Assembly: GCA_964016885.1 (NCBI GenBank)
Contig: OZ024743.1
Location: 42,532,001 to 42,596,000, forward strand
Length of the DNA stretch: 64,000 nt
Reading direction: 5' to 3'
From: Eledone cirrhosa
Taxonomy: Eukaryota
Position 1 is the first letter of the stretch, and each line of letters begins with the position of its first letter. Shown here one piece after another: positions 38,047 through 53,187 of this stretch. A program made the translations under genes and the position numbers. The notes below the pieces were generated by a model. The model was given only the letters and a program-made list of their open reading frames with translations. It did not search any database and was not told the origin of the DNA.

Positions 38047-39118
38047 TGTGTGGGTGTGGGTGTGGGTGTGGGTGTGTGTGTGTTTGACTCATAGTGTATA
38101 AATATTTACTGATTGCTGCTCAATATGAATGCATCATAAAGCAGGATATAAAAAAGTATGCAATCACTTTGAAACTAAATACATGTCAACATATTGCAAT
38201 AAATATAAATGTCGTTTTCCTTTTATTATGAACAAAAATTATTCGGCCCTCTCTAAAAAGAAAATATACATCAAAGATTCAATGAACAATATATACTATG
38301 AAAGGGGAGTAATCACAAAAAGTTATTTCATTTTGAAGATATCAAATAGCTATTGCAATCAACGTATTTATCATAATACTGATAGCATTAAAATACAGAT
38401 CAATAATTTCTATTGCTTTTACCTGAAGGAAAACAAACTAAGATTTAATAGTCAGGAATAATATTAGTGGGCTAGGAATCTGAACTAAACCCGTTCCCAA
38501 TTAACATTTCTCTTTATGTGATCAATTCTAATTCATTTTGCAGACATCATTCATCACTCAATTTGTTGATTTTCACCAATGGGCTAATGTGACTCTGTTA
38601 TATTTACGATACGTGACTATGTAGGTTTGCTGTCCCATCTTTCGCTTCTGCTATAATATATTTTTTTTAATCTAATTTGTCCCTCACCTTCAGTATGTGT
38701 AATATGCCATTCCAAGATAATTTGGGTTATTTTGACAATGAAAAGCATCTATAACAATACGCCATGTGTGTTCGTACATTCCCTATCTCAGTTATGTTGC
38801 TACAATACGGATTTCGCTTTTCAATCACAGCCTAAGGAGTTCTAACCCTATATGTGTACATATATTCTAACCATGTATCAAATATTATCATAAATATAAG
38901 TTAATAAAATATCATGCTTACTTTTAATCGCTTCCATGCATCAGCAATGATCATAAAATGTATGCTTTCCCTTCTGATATCCAAAATTGTATGAAAAAGC
39001 AAATGTTCAAGTTTGTTCGTATATTCGATAACCCTCGTATAAATGACATGTAAGTTCTGGACTCCAAAATTCTATAGTTTCAACGCTATTGCCGTAATAA
39101 TTAACGCAATATCACTCA

Positions 39119-39522
39119 TCTCCTTATAATATATAACCAGCAATTTCTCTGTCTGTCTGTCCGACAGTGGAAACACGTGCGCGCGTGCGAATGTTTTTGC
39201 GCACGCGTAGAGAGAGAGTGAGAGTGAAACAAAGAGACAGACTACGAGAGGGGGATAGCCGGAGGGAGAGAGGGAGAGAGAGAGAGTGAATAGACGCTAA
39301 AACACGTGCGCGCGTGCGAATGTTTTTTGCGCACGCGTAGAGAGAGAGTGAAAGAAAGAGACAGACTACAAGAGGGGGATATCGGGAGGGAGAGAGGGGG
39401 AATTGAGGAGTGCTACAGAAACATATATACATGTCTGTGTGTGTGTAATATATATATATATATATACACACAGAAATATATATATATACACACAGAAATA
39501 TATATACATTTCTGTGTGTGTA

Positions 39523-39555
<33 letters not shown>

Positions 39556-39583
39556 GAAATATATATACATTTCTGTGTGTGTA

Positions 39584-39616
<33 letters not shown>

Positions 39617-40164
39617 GAAATATATGGGCATTTCTCTGTTTATCTGTCTGTCTGTCTGTCCTTCCCTAAAACTCAAATGTAGGTGCTACAGAAATATTAC
39701 CTTCCCTTCCTTTCTCCACTTTGGTACTACCAAGAGAAACACTGTCGCTATAGAAACATTACCTTCCCCTCTCCACTGACTTTGGTCACTGAGGCCGAGG
39801 GAATCGCTGGTTGCTATAGAGACACCTTGCACAAGCCAGAAGTAACCAGTTCGAGGCGGTTCTGACTTGACACCATGCCAATGACCATTTGAAGATATAT
39901 TTCCATCGTTATATCATAACGTTTATGTATCGTAACGTTTATATTTCCGTCACTAATCTCTTTTTCTCCTTTTTCGTTTTAACATATATTTATTTCAAAG
40001 ATTTCACCGTATAGATAACATATATATTTATACATGCATAAAAGACACACCGAGAGACGGTGAACATGTGGTGCCGAAAAGATTTCTCATCCAAATCTCA
40101 ACAATTTCAGTATATACACTAGATTTGCTAGCAGAAAACCGCCCACCGGGTGGTTTTCTGCTAG
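39119..40164 (+). mobile_element. Probable non-autonomous Helitron
   Basis: A|TC start and internal tandem duplications. Ends in a GC-rich hairpin plus CTAG. Confidence 0.55.
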
Positions 40165-40773
40165 TCTCTATATATAAAACTGAGGATGTCTGTCTGTGTG
40201 TGTTTGTGAGTTTGAATCCCTAAAACTCGAGAAGTACCCAACCAATTTTTTTCAAACTTTACATGTGTATTACTTATGTTTCAGGGAGTGTTATATCCCC
40301 TAGGGTCCGCATTAGGGGAAAAACTGCGTTTTTACAGCTTTTTAGGAATTTTTTTGAGGCGTTACGTCAGACCGATATCCTTAAAATTGTAACTATCTAT
40401 TAGTCAGTCTCTTCTTCATACCGTGATAAAAGAAAATTCAAGTTTTTTGTGGCCTAGGGCTCGCATTAGGTGAAAAAATTCTTTTTTTTCAGCTTTTTAG
40501 GGCTTTTTTGAGGCGTTACGGCTGGTCAATTTTCCAGAAATTTCAAGGCATATTATGCACATAAAAAAATTCATTTTCTTGATCCCGTATTAGGTGAAAA
40601 CCTGCTTTTTTCCTGATTCATCGAGGAAAATCTTACAGATTATCCAGCTATCAGAGTATTCCGTTTATTTTCTTTACATATTGTCCAGGCATGTAATTTT
40701 TCCACGATTAGATCTGTTGGCGGCAGGCGTTCCAAAATACCGTATCCCGTGCAACGCCGGGTACCACTGCTAG
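40165..40773 (+). mobile_element. Non-autonomous Helitron
   Basis: TCTCTATATATAAAACTGAGGATGT start resembles 29560. End CCCGTGCAACGCCGGG...CTAG|T matches 30875-30903. Confidence 0.8.
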
Positions 40774-41470
40774 TGTTGTAATGAAATTGTTGCTTGTTGT
40801 TCAAAATTAGGATTTAGATTTTTTCTAAATGTTACTTAGAATAATTACGTTTTGTAGCTAAATTTAAAGTATTATGATGAATTAAAAAATATAAACGGAT
40901 TTGAATGTCACAAAAGTGTATTCAGTTAAAATAGTTAATTTTTATTCTTATCTTAATTTTCGATCGAATCGTGTCTTTCCAAAGACTACTATATTATCAT
41001 TCATACCTGTGTAGCAAATCTTAGAGCACTGGCTGTCTCATTTTCAAAAGCAATGTAGAACCATATGATAGAAGATAATATTACATAATATTTGCGTTGA
41101 GTAGTTTTTGCTATTATTCAAAATATATTGTTTCACAATCGCAATCTGTTCAATAGCATTGTACTATGTATGTGTCTTTCTATATATATAGATTCTGACA
41201 TTATCTGTTTAACCCATCGTAATATACGTAAATCGAGAATCTTCGAAATGGAAATTTGTATTACCTTCTCCGCTAGTTAACCTGTTGTTTATAAATCGAC
41301 ATACATACAGATTTGACTTAACCTAATAAAAAGGCGGCAAATTGGCGGAGTCGTTAGAGCGTCGGTTAAAATGTTTATGTATTTCCAACTCCAGCTATGA
41401 TCCACTTTGCATTTCCTCCAGAGAGAGTGTCGATTGTTCCTCTATACTTATTTCTAGTTTCATCTCTCTC

Positions 41471-41511
<41 letters not shown>

Positions 41512-42966
41512 GGAAGAAATTGACTGCTGCTGTGCTCCTGCTATGAGACGTGATGGGCTCCACCAGACATATATATCAAGATCATCCAACAACTCAGTTG
41601 TTGCAGGGTTAAAATTGAATGAAAGTGTAGTTATTTTACATATCAATATTTTCTATATTTTTAGACATTGATGAGTTTAAATCTAGTTTGAAAGAGTATC
41701 GTTGGATAGAATTAAATGAAAGCTTTATTTGTTCATACTTAAACAGCATGAATAATCTATTTAAACAGATAAGCCGTTAAACAATATATCTTCGATAAAA
41801 TGGGTATTGCAAATGATTGACAGGATATACTGAGGCCATGCAAATGGGAGCACATCTATCTAGATAAGTATTGACGGCCTTCTATATAATGGAAAGAAAA
41901 TAAAATAGTTCGTCGTTCGTCACAGGAGAAAGACCAAGGCATTTATATCTGTTAAACAGATGTGAACATCTGAATTACATAAATAAATATAAATACTCTG
42001 TAGATAGCATGATAAAAAGCTGATAGCAGCTACATATTTTCTACTTGTCGAAACACGTACATCTGTTATGATTGAAAATTAATCTACATTATCCCGGAGC
42101 AAATGCTGATTACACATTGTTAAATATTATTCATGACCATCCCACATAGTAATGTGGAACATACGTCTGTCAGATTGGTTATATCTGAAGCATTAGTTTA
42201 TTCATGATAGCAATTGCATAAACCCTTCTCCGCAAAAAGCTATATGACACCTATCACTAAGATCCTACGGTAATGAGAAGAGAGCCACTGACAGATCCAT
42301 GTATATAAAAACTAATTGTTTCGTTTCTTGCTATATATTTCAGCATTTTAGTATGTAAACCTTTCATTGCAACATTTCCAATGCACAAAATTATCAGAGC
42401 TTTGACAGCCACATTCATATTTAAAGAGTTGCTGCCTGAAAGTGGTTTATCTATCTATTTTCGTTGTAGCTATTGCATTCTGGCGAAATTAGGAATGCAA
42501 ATATATCCGAAAAATCAATGTTTTTAAAGATTTCGATCATGTTTTCCTTTTACAGATTTGTCTAAATTGCACATTTATTGTATCAAGCTGATTTTAACAC
42601 TAACGTTTCCCGGAATGGCCTCCTGGAGTATAAAAAGCACGTATTTTTGCTTCAAAATTCTTCGTTACAAATCACTGAATCTCATCCGGTGTGTACGTGC
42701 CTAGGTACGCAACCAGTTTAGAGAGGGCGTCTATACGACATCTTTTGTTTTGTCAAAGCAATATTTTAAAAGGAAGTGTTCGCAGTGATATTAAATTCGA
42801 AGTACGTACTATTTTATGAGGTTATGTTTAACAAGTTAATGTCTGTACAGATTCAACAACTCTAAGAGAAACTATATTTCTATAACTATTCAAATGTTTT
42901 AACGATAAATCTTTGAAATTTTCTGCTAAGACACACCCACACGCACACACGCACACACATACACAC

Positions 42967-43086
<120 letters not shown>

Positions 43087-43627
43087 CCATATGTGGATGG
43101 GTTCATTTGTGTGTGTATATATGTATAATTTGTATACGTTGATAGCCAGTATACTGCAGATTATATGTGACGAATAGCAAGAAATCGATACAAAGTAGAA
43201 TGAGTTGCATAATACAGTCTGCAGAAGAATTACTGTTGCTGCAAAAGTATCTCCAACAGAATATATAATAACCTACGGGTATATTATAATTTCAAGGTCA
43301 TATAAACGTAATCTCGTCATTCATTAATTCCACATTGAAACTCCTTTGTATTAATTTCTGTTATGGCCAATTATAACACGTAGAGATCCCTGTAATAAAT
43401 GACATAAGTCATACGTTTTTGTGGGGATCAAGCCTCATATCTAACAAATATATTCAAACTTGCTATCGTGCCGTATCTTTGCAATTATTCACATGACATC
43501 ATCGACAATCCCACTCCCTAAACCAATCATGCTTGCACAAACACACACACACACACACACACACGTATATATATATAAATATACACACATAAATATATAT
43601 ATATATATTTATATATATATATATATG

Positions 43628-43700
<73 letters not shown>

Positions 43701-43879
43701 ATATAAGATCAAAAGATGGTTAAAAGAGTTCCAAGTATTTTATTATGCGCATTTCAAAAACAAATGTCATCGTGGGATGATATCTGCGTTAGATTTAGTA
43801 AATAAAATTTCACCAACTTTGATGCTCATATGCATATATACATATGTGTTTAATTCTATATCTTGCACACATACATACA

Positions 43880-43976
<97 letters not shown>

Positions 43977-44044
43977 CTCTCTATCTCTATCTCTCTCTCT
44001 CTTTATCTATCTATCTATCTATCTGTCTCTTTATCTCTCTCTCT

Positions 44045-44079
<35 letters not shown>

Positions 44080-44175
44080 GACCAGGGTAGAGGGTGCTAA
44101 ATGTTCGGTCACCCTCATGTCTCTGATTTTCAGCCCCATGGATTTTGTCTATTATACTCCTTTGTTATATTTCGA

Positions 44176-44232
44176 ATACCTGATGATGTCACCGGTTCAT
44201 ACTGAACCCGGTCATTGAAATGATCATAGTAT
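44176..44232 (+). ncRNA. Type I hammerhead ribozyme motif
   Basis: ATAC-CTGATGA-[stem II ACCGGTTCA/TGAACCCGGT]-GAAA-TGATCA-TA-GTAT. Confidence 0.75.
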
Positions 44233-44306
44233 AATGAACCTTTTAATGAATTACACCAGTCCAGCCTCCTGTTATTTTATAATATATATATATATGTATA
44301 TACACA

Positions 44307-44381
<75 letters not shown>

Positions 44382-44662
44382 GAACGTGAAGAAGACAGAT
44401 ATATTGTGTTGTTCAATTTCTAATTAAATAGTTCTGTTTGATACATAGAGCACTCATTTTTCTTTTGCTTTTTCTTCGGAAATACAAAGATATTATATAT
44501 ACAAAAGTAGTTTTTCCTTTTCAGCACCATATAGATACCTTTATTCAACGTTTCAAAAGACGGCCAACTGAATTAAACGCTCCAATCAACAGTTCTCCAA
44601 GACATAGCGAAATGAATAGACCTGCTTTTTCCCCATGTATTATTATTATTTTGTTTAATTCT

Positions 44663-44853
44663 GGCCGATGGATTGGCAGTATCGGTAGAGGGTCGGACGC
44701 TATTCTTTGACGCACAGAGTTACGTCCCTTGCCATTCTGAGTTCGAATCCCGCCGAGGTTAACTTTGCCTTTCATCCTTACGGGGTCTCTAAAATAAAGT
44801 ACCAGTAATGCACTGGGTAATTGCTGGCCTTGTGCCAAAAAGTAGACACAATT
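44663..44853 (+). mobile_element. tRNA-derived SINE
   Basis: A-box-like TGGCAGTATCGG, B-box GAGTTCGAATCCC and the conserved core. Confidence 0.9.
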
Positions 44854-44921
44854 ATTTTGTTTAATTCTGATCATGAACATTCCTTCTATATTTCTATTCC
44901 TTCTATAATTTGTCATTTTAA

Positions 44922-44955
44922 TTTCTGATGAATGATTAACAATCGAAACGTTAGT
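44922..44955 (+). ncRNA. Minimal hammerhead-like motif (weak stem I); degenerate relatives at ~28272-28302 (-) and ~32759-32785 (+)
   Basis: CTGATGA-AT-GATT-AAC-AATC-GAAA-CG-TT, followed by a hairpin at 44950-44993. Confidence 0.5.
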
Positions 44956-45041
44956 TTTGTTTGTCTACTATATGTAGACAAACAAAACTAACATATTTCT
45001 TCATTGTACTTTGTCGTTTACTTTGTACCCCTGTTTACTTT

Positions 45042-45075
<34 letters not shown>

Positions 45076-45078
<3 letters not shown>

Positions 45079-45210
45079 GGCTTGATAATGTCAACCTATG
45101 GACTGGACTTGATCTTTGCTCTTTAAAATCTGCTGTTGGTGATCGAACTTTGTGGAGAAAAATATCTCAGTCTGCAACTGGCGGAGATTAACGTCAGAGT
45201 AGTAAGGAGA
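45076..45210 (+). mobile_element. RTE/BovB-like LINE 3' fragment
   Basis: RWLDNVNLWTGLDLCSLKSAVGDRTLWRKI resembles the RTE C-terminal RW.D...DR..WR motif. Confidence 0.65.
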
Positions 45211-45245
45211 ATACCTATATATATATGTATATATATGTATGTATG

Positions 45246-45279
<34 letters not shown>

Positions 45280-45361
45280 TGTATGTATAGCCACACAACT
45301 GCCTACACCGCAACTTTCTGTTCCACTTCTAAAGGGATTATACATGTTTCATGTGTGATAG

Positions 45362-45418
<57 letters not shown>

Positions 45419-45669
45419 CAAAGGAATTGTGGTAAGGAATCAGATGGACCATAACGCACTAGAGTACTCAATACTTAGGGTAGTACAGTGGGAAATAGGA
45501 AAAAGTATGACCCCGACGGCAGAGCTCAAGTCGTTTCGACGGCTATTTCTGGACTCATACATTATATAGTAATAATAATAAATGTGAAGACTAAAATCCG
45601 AACAGGGCTCGATTAGGATAATATATATATATCAAAATATATAAAACCATAGAGAAAATATTTATTATA

Positions 45670-45800
45670 ATAACAGATTAAAGTTTAAGCAAAGAATCGC
45701 TGCTTTCACGCTTAACGGCATCATCTGAAAACTGAGTTTTCAGAAGATCCCGCTAAGGGTGAAAGCTCTGATTCTTAGCTTAAAATTTAATCTGTTATTT
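45670..45800. repeat. Imperfect ~130 bp palindrome
   Basis: AACAGATTAAA...CTGAAAACT-G-AGTTTTCAG...TTTAATCTGTT. Confidence 0.8.
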
Positions 45801-45831
45801 TAATGTATATTATATATATATATATAGCCAA

Positions 45832-46021
45832 TGGCGGTGGATTGGCAGTATCGGTAAAGGGTCGGACGCCATGCTTTGACGCATAGAGTTATGGCCCTTG
45901 CCATTCTGAGTTCAAATCCCGCCGAGGTTAACTTTGCCTTTCAACCTTACGGGGTCGATAAAATAAAGTACCAGTAATACACTGGGTAATTGCTGACCTT
46001 GTGTCAAAAGTAGAAACAATT
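45832..46021 (+). mobile_element. Full-length tRNA-derived SINE (Meta-type central domain likely)
   Basis: GGCGGTGGATTGGCAGTATCGG...GAGTTCAAATCCCGCCGAGG...GGGGTCGATAAAATAAAGTACC...GAAACAATT. Confidence 0.9.
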
Positions 46022-46265
46022 ATATATATATAGCCACACAACAGCCTACACCGCATCTTTCTCTTCTCCTTCTAAAGGGATTATACATGTTTCATGTTTG
46101 ATAATAAGGTGCGATTTATACATATCCTTACCTATTGTGTACGCTGAGATGCAACCGACGGCTAATTCTGGGGTCCTACTCGTTCCTATTACCCACTCTA
46201 CTACCCTACGTATTGAGTACTTTGGTGCGTTATGGTCCACCTGGTTCCTTACCACATTTCCTTCG

Positions 46266-46312
<47 letters not shown>

Positions 46313-46320
<8 letters not shown>

Positions 46321-46807
46321 TAAACGGAATAGAAAATGCTAATAAATTGTTCACAGTTGAAAAATGGTTTAATTAGTAATAAAAGAGTATTAGTGATTGT
46401 ATGGGTTAGCATTCAGTTGTGGTTTTAAGTTTTTAAGTTTTTACCGGTTGCGCATTTCTAAATGCTTTTCAAAAATAATTTTGAGATAGAGTGTCCGTGT
46501 TGTTTGCTCTGATCTGATTAGTTTTGGGAATTCTACCTGTTTTTATGTTAAAAAAGTGGCTCCAGCGTTACTTTGGTGTTGCAAAAATTCTTGTGGTCAA
46601 AACAATTTTGATTGGTCGGTAGAGGTCATGTGAATGTAAAAAATTGATTTTGCGCCAAGACTGTTTTTATGTTAAAAAAGTGGCTCCAGCGCTATTTGGT
46701 GTTTGCAAAAATTCTTGTGGTCAAAACAATTTTGATTGGTCGGTAGAGGTCATGTGAATAAAAAATTGGTTTTGCGCCAAGATTGAGAAATGACTCTTTC
46801 ACAACAA

Positions 46808-46883
<76 letters not shown>

Positions 46884-47238
46884 AGTAGTAGTAGTAAGGT
46901 GTTCGATGTTGTGATAATGGTTTTATTGTTAAGATTTTTGATGTTCTATTAAGAGAACCGATTTTACTGAAAAAATCGAATAATGTACACCATTTTACCA
47001 TTTTGAAAAAAAATACTGGTCCACCCACACACACACACACACATATATATATATACACACACACATACACACGCGTACATCAACATACAAAGAGACTTAT
47101 ACACACACACACACACACACACACGCACTTCTCCGTATAAGACAAAAGCTGAAAAATATCTTTTGACATGCTAAAATACGCCCCATTGCTTTCAGACACA
47201 TTCTTACTGACCATCCCTGCTACCACGAATTACTCTGC

Positions 47239-47309
<71 letters not shown>

Positions 47310-47375
47310 ATCTTAATAGCCATTTGACACACATCCCTGCTAACCATTATCACAACATCGAACACCTTACTACTA

Positions 47376-47423
<48 letters not shown>

Positions 47424-47786
47424 TTGTTGTGAAAGAGTCATTTCTCAATCTTGGCGCAAAACCAATTTTTTTATTCACATGACCTCTACCGACCAATCAA
47501 AATTGTTTTGACCACAAGAATTTTTGCAACACCAAAGTAACGCTAGAGCCACTTTTTTAACATAAAAACAGGTAGAATTCCCAAAACTAATCAGATCAGA
47601 GCAAACAACACGGACACTCTATCTCAAAGTTATTTTTGGAAAGCATTTAGAAATGCGCAACCGGTAAAAACTTAAAACCACAACTGAATACTCTTTACAA
47701 TCACTAATACTCTTTTATTCCTAATTAAACCATTTTTCAACTGTGAACAATTTGTCAGCATTTTCTATTCCGTTTACCAATATATA
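46313..47786. repeat. Large inverted repeat (arms ~46313-46922 and ~47342-47786); the left arm has a ~125 bp tandem duplication
   Basis: TATTGGTAAACGGAATAGAAAATGCT... mirrored by ...AGCATTTTCTATTCCGTTTACCAATA. (TA)n flanks. Confidence 0.88.
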
Positions 47787-47815
47787 ATAACGTGTGTGTT
47801 ACACCTCTATTCTTT

Positions 47816-47951
<136 letters not shown>

Positions 47952-50900
47952 TTAAACTCCTTGAAATTTACACAATATATTTCTTAACTCCAAATATTTC
48001 TTCCATTATACAATGGCAATAATAAGTTCACATTCCAATCAGAAGTTCCTAGGTTCAAATTCTTCATTCGTCTGCATTAATAGTTATCCTTGCATTTAAT
48101 CATGTTGGTCTTGTGTCCATATTTGCGGAAAATTTATGTAACTATAGTATAGAAATAAACGATTAAAATGTTTCTTAACCTTAATACTTCCGAGTGTCAG
48201 TAATCATAATAAACGCAGATGTCCCAGTTTGCATGAATGTACATATATTTCTGTAATCCTGGTTTATATGGCCTAAACGACCCAGACATTAAAAGTTAAA
48301 TACTGTCAAAAATAATGTCGTCATTATTGAAATAATGCAGCCGTTAGTATATATATATATATATATATATGTATATCCTGAGGGCGAAGGATTCACTGTC
48401 GCATATATAGAATCACATACATAAATGTATCAATATTTATAGTTTATTCGTGTATGTTTATGTGTGGATGTGTTTTTTTATGTGGGAGAGGGGGAAGCTG
48501 TGTGTAATATCCTCATTCATTGCATTTGCTTTCTATAATAGCAAAGTTAAATATTTTGTGCATAATTTTTATCGCTTCTGTGAAAGCTCATAAATATAAA
48601 CTACTTATTAATTTTGGTAATGTTTCTTTATTTATCATAATTTGTTTGTGATTTACGTTCTCACACGAGGGCGTATGCTCGTAAATGAGGGTATATATTA
48701 TAGAATCAGGATATATATTCATCTAAGGTGACACATATTCATATTTAAATGACAAATTTTTCTATATTTATAGTCTATGAATACGTTTTTCATCCCAGAA
48801 AAGAACATAATTCTTTATAACACATTTAAGAGGTAATGTTTCAGAATATGCGGAATTTCCGAAAGAAGACATTTAAAATTTAGTCACGAATCTAATATCC
48901 CTACCATTATTCTATTAATTGATTTTCAAGCAGTTTTTTACATAAACTCTATGGAAATATATTATTTTTATTTCTTCATTTAATTTTTTAATTTAATTAT
49001 ATATTTATGTTTATATTGTTTATAATATATGTATATTATATATTTTATGCATCATTATAAGAAACCCATTACAATAACTTTGTTATTGTATCGTAGATAT
49101 TTTTTTATGTTTCTGAAGCTAAGTATTTGAATATCCTTAGAAAACTAGTTCACTGTAAAAACGATATATATTATGTAAAATCTTCTACTACAACTGTTAC
49201 TGCCATTCAATATTTTACCGTGTATTCCTCCCAGATATTGTTGTACACAATCTTGTATCTAACGTGCCTTATATACATTCTTGCCCTATGGTTTGAAATG
49301 TATTCATATTTTATACAAGTTACGCTCGCATGACCTGAGGTACACCAAGACTCTAGTGAAGACATGTGCCCAGGGTGGTAGACAATGGAATGAAACACGG
49401 ATATTATAATTGTGAAGGGTGTTTCCTAACCACTTAGAAATGTCTAGGTTCATAGAGAGATGTTTTATGAAAAAGAAGAATATATTATTGCATTATTTTT
49501 ACAATTATTTAATTACTTGATCCTTTGTGTTTCGCGATATCTCAGTAGAGGGGAGGATTGTAAATCCTTAGGTCAGTGGTTTGCATCTATATTTTGATAT
49601 ATCCACTTTACTAATGTGAGCACAAATCATTATCAATATATTCCTCTAAGAATGATTAGATATACTGACATCAATGATTGAAGAGCTGTGTGATATAACA
49701 ATCATGCATTCTACATTCCATTCTGTATATCTGAAATCGAATGTTTTCCTAGTAAAATCACTACCATTAAAAGTTATTCCATATGTCCCAATGTTAATCC
49801 ATGAGAACTGCAGAAAATGTTTTGACAATCAACGTTTCAGGTTTTTGAACAACAGAAAAGCCTTCTCCGGAAATAACGTAGGACCAAATGTGCATTCCAC
49901 AGACAGGTGGATACATGAGGTAGTTCTCAAAGAGATTCAGTGAGACACTGCAAGTGGCAAGACAGACAGTTTCCTTTAAAAATACAGCTCTTTACTACAT
50001 GTTTAGATAACTACGACAAAGAAGAATAAAATGTTGTACTCAAGAACACAACATGCAAACTGGAATCAAACTCAGGATATTACAACACGGACGCAAGCAC
50101 CCTAACCATAATAGAAGATTACCAGCTATGATAAGTAAAATGACATCCATGATAGTAAAACACTGAAAATGACAATTACCTATAAGTGGGTTCAAACATT
50201 TTATATTGTAAAAAAAAAAAAGAAAAAAATGTTTATACTGGGTATATCGGCATTAAATGGGTGTGGTTTACTACACTCAGTGGATCGAAACTTAATTGCT
50301 TTTGCATTATCAATATAATTTTTTTCAAGTTTCAGTAGAGTTTTTTAAGGAAAATCGATAGCTATTTATCCTATCCTGCCCGCTATTTATACACTTTTAT
50401 TCATTTTCTTTTCCTATTAAATCGTCTTGTAGGATTCACAATTGTTACTAAAAACGTGACTCTAAGGTATCCCAACAATATCTCGTATTGAAGCGGTTAT
50501 TATATTATATAACATTATGCTATATGTGTGCCTGTGTCTATGTGTACGTCAGTGTATGTATGTGTACGTCCATATATGTATGTATATAAACATTTATGTA
50601 CACACACACATACACACATACACACACACATATATATAAATATATTTGTGTGAGTATGAGAAAGATGGAGAGAGAAAGCGTCTCTGTTGCTGGATGTGTG
50701 TCTCTATTTGAATCTATTAATCTATCTCTATATGTAAATATATGTGAGCATGTATGTATACGTGTGTCTACTATACATTTTCTGAAAAATGAACAACGGT
50801 GGACTGTGCTGTCTCGCAAAGTAAATGGCCAAGGCTATATATCTGCCAAAACCAAATAAAGATTTCCCCGATAAATGTTATCTATAACTTTTCTTTGACA

Positions 50901-51202
50901 GAGAAGACACTTCCTTACATTTTAAGAGCCATGGGCATAACAAGACGGTAAACCTATTATCTTAGAAATTACATTTCTTTCCAAACGATTCTCTCATTTT
51001 AAATATTCTACGATTAAATTGTAACAAAATACTTTTTATTATTAGTGGTACAGTTGTGGGTTTTGGTGTCATTTGCTTATGTGTTTTTCTGTTTGTGTTG
51101 GTGATGGTTTAGTGTGTTGATGCTTTGTTTATCTATTCATTTAGTTTTAGTGGGCAGATATTAAACTGATTTTTCTGGTATTTGCTACACACACACATAC
51201 AC

Positions 51203-51297
<95 letters not shown>

Positions 51298-51336
51298 TAT
51301 GTGACACAGATACACACACATATATATATATGTGTA

Positions 51337-51441
<105 letters not shown>

Positions 51442-52148
51442 ATATTTGCTGCATTGACTGTTTTGAAGTTCAATAATGTTATTAAATATTTCTTATGTTC
51501 GATTGTTGATTCCATATTTTATTGTTGTGTTGCTGCATTTAGCTATATAAATGCAGTATACATTGTTTTGATATCCAGGCTCTTTTCATGAATACTATAT
51601 AGAATAGTAGTGTTTTCAACTAATATGTTCTTTGGGTCAGAAGATGAAGCCAGGTATATAGAAATGTTTGACTCAAAAATATTATTTTTCCATAATAAAC
51701 ATAATGAAGTATTGGCAAATAAGGAATCTAAAAATCGGAAACTGTTATGCATAAATAATCAAAGGCGCCAGTCGTTACTTCAGACCAGGGCAACAATGTT
51801 GCCATTGGTCTTTCCATTCCAGATATTATCTGGCGTACACACCTGGTACTAAAATGAGGCAGAATTTGAACAAAGGACTCATTGCGCCCGGTGATTGCTA
51901 TCGAGATAGTGTAATCAAACCTCTATCGACTCTGTCATATATATATATATATATTAAATTAGAAAGTGAAGAACACAAAATATAACTACTACATTACCAA
52001 AGGTTTCTGGATCCCAGAGAATATTAATATACGTCTGAATGGGCCAGGACCGATATTATATTTTGTGTTGTTCACTTTTAATTAAATAGCTCTGTTCTAT
52101 ACATAGAGCACTCCTTTTTCCTTGGTTTTTCCTTCAGAATCACCTAAA

Positions 52149-52181
<33 letters not shown>

Positions 52182-52533
52182 AAGAATCAGTATATCTAGT
52201 AACATATATATACACACAGATGCATACTTATGCTAGCAAATATATAGGTTTTGTCTTAGTAACTTTGCGGTTCAATGCATGGGGTTGCAGAACAATAATA
52301 TGAGAGACGTAAAATAAGAAAATTATAAAATTAACTTATTTACTAAAATTTCACTCCCAACTAATTAGTTTCTGAAGGGGATTGATTCTTTTGAATTTGC
52401 CACCGACGCAGTAGGCAGTGATTTTCTCAGTGGCTAGGAATGTAGACCACGCTTTGCTTTTTTCTATCCACTGAATTATTTTTGTATAAGTTCCCAGTGT
52501 CCACGTATTGCCTGGAAACTTAGCTGAGAATAG

Positions 52534-52616
52534 ACTTCCCTGATGACGAAAGGCTTCTCTGTACACATCTTCGGAAAGTATGTTTATTCCCTTTCAGAAA
52601 CTAATTAGTTGTGAGT
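52534..52616 (+). ncRNA. Type I hammerhead motif, copy 1
   Basis: ACTTCC-CTGATGA-C-GAAAGG...CCTTTC-A-GAAA-CTAATTAG-TT-GTGAGT. Confidence 0.65.
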
Positions 52617-53058
52617 GAAATTTTAGTAAGTAAGTTAATTTTATAATTTTCTTATTTTACGTCTCTCATATTATTGTTCTGCAACCCCATGCATTGAACC
52701 GCAAAGTTACTAAGACAAAACCTATATATTTGTTAGCATAAGTATGCATCTGTGTGTATATATATGTTACTAGATATACTAATTCTTTATAATTATCTCC
52801 AAATTATTTGTCGAGCAAAATTGGCCAAGACTGCTGCTATGGTAACAGTCAGGCTGCTGTCTTCTTAACAAACCACTTTCCACTAATTGACCTCGATGTC
52901 ACGTGATTGATTCTTTTGAATTTGCCACCGACGCAGTAGGCAGTGATTTTCTCAGTGGCTAGGAATGTAGTCCACGCTTTGCTTTTTTCTATCCACTGAA
53001 TTATTTTTGTATAAGTTCCCAGTGTCCACGTATTGCCTGGAATCTTAGCTGAGACTAG

Positions 53059-53141
53059 ACTTCCCTGATGACGAAAGGCTTCTCTGTACACTTCTTCGGA
53101 AAGTATGTTTATTCCCTTTCAGAAACTAATTAGTTGGGAGT
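53059..53141 (+). ncRNA. Type I hammerhead motif, copy 2
   Basis: ACTTCC-CTGATGA-C-GAAAGG...CCTTTC-A-GAAA-CTAATTAG-TT-GGGAGT. 6 bp stem I, 6 bp stem II base, palindromic stem III. Confidence 0.72.
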
Positions 53142-53187
53142 GAAATTTTAGTAAGTTCATTTTATAATTTTCTTATTTTACGTCTCT

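Noticed and set aside
45750-45785. CAGAAGA...GAAAGCTC hammerhead-like motif in the palindrome
   Set aside because: Non-canonical core in both arms and no stem I. At best a decayed remnant.
52351-53091. Duplicated 71/80 aa ORF (MYREAFRHQG...)
   Set aside because: Antisense to the hammerhead-containing repeat, with no recognisable domain and a non-ATG start.
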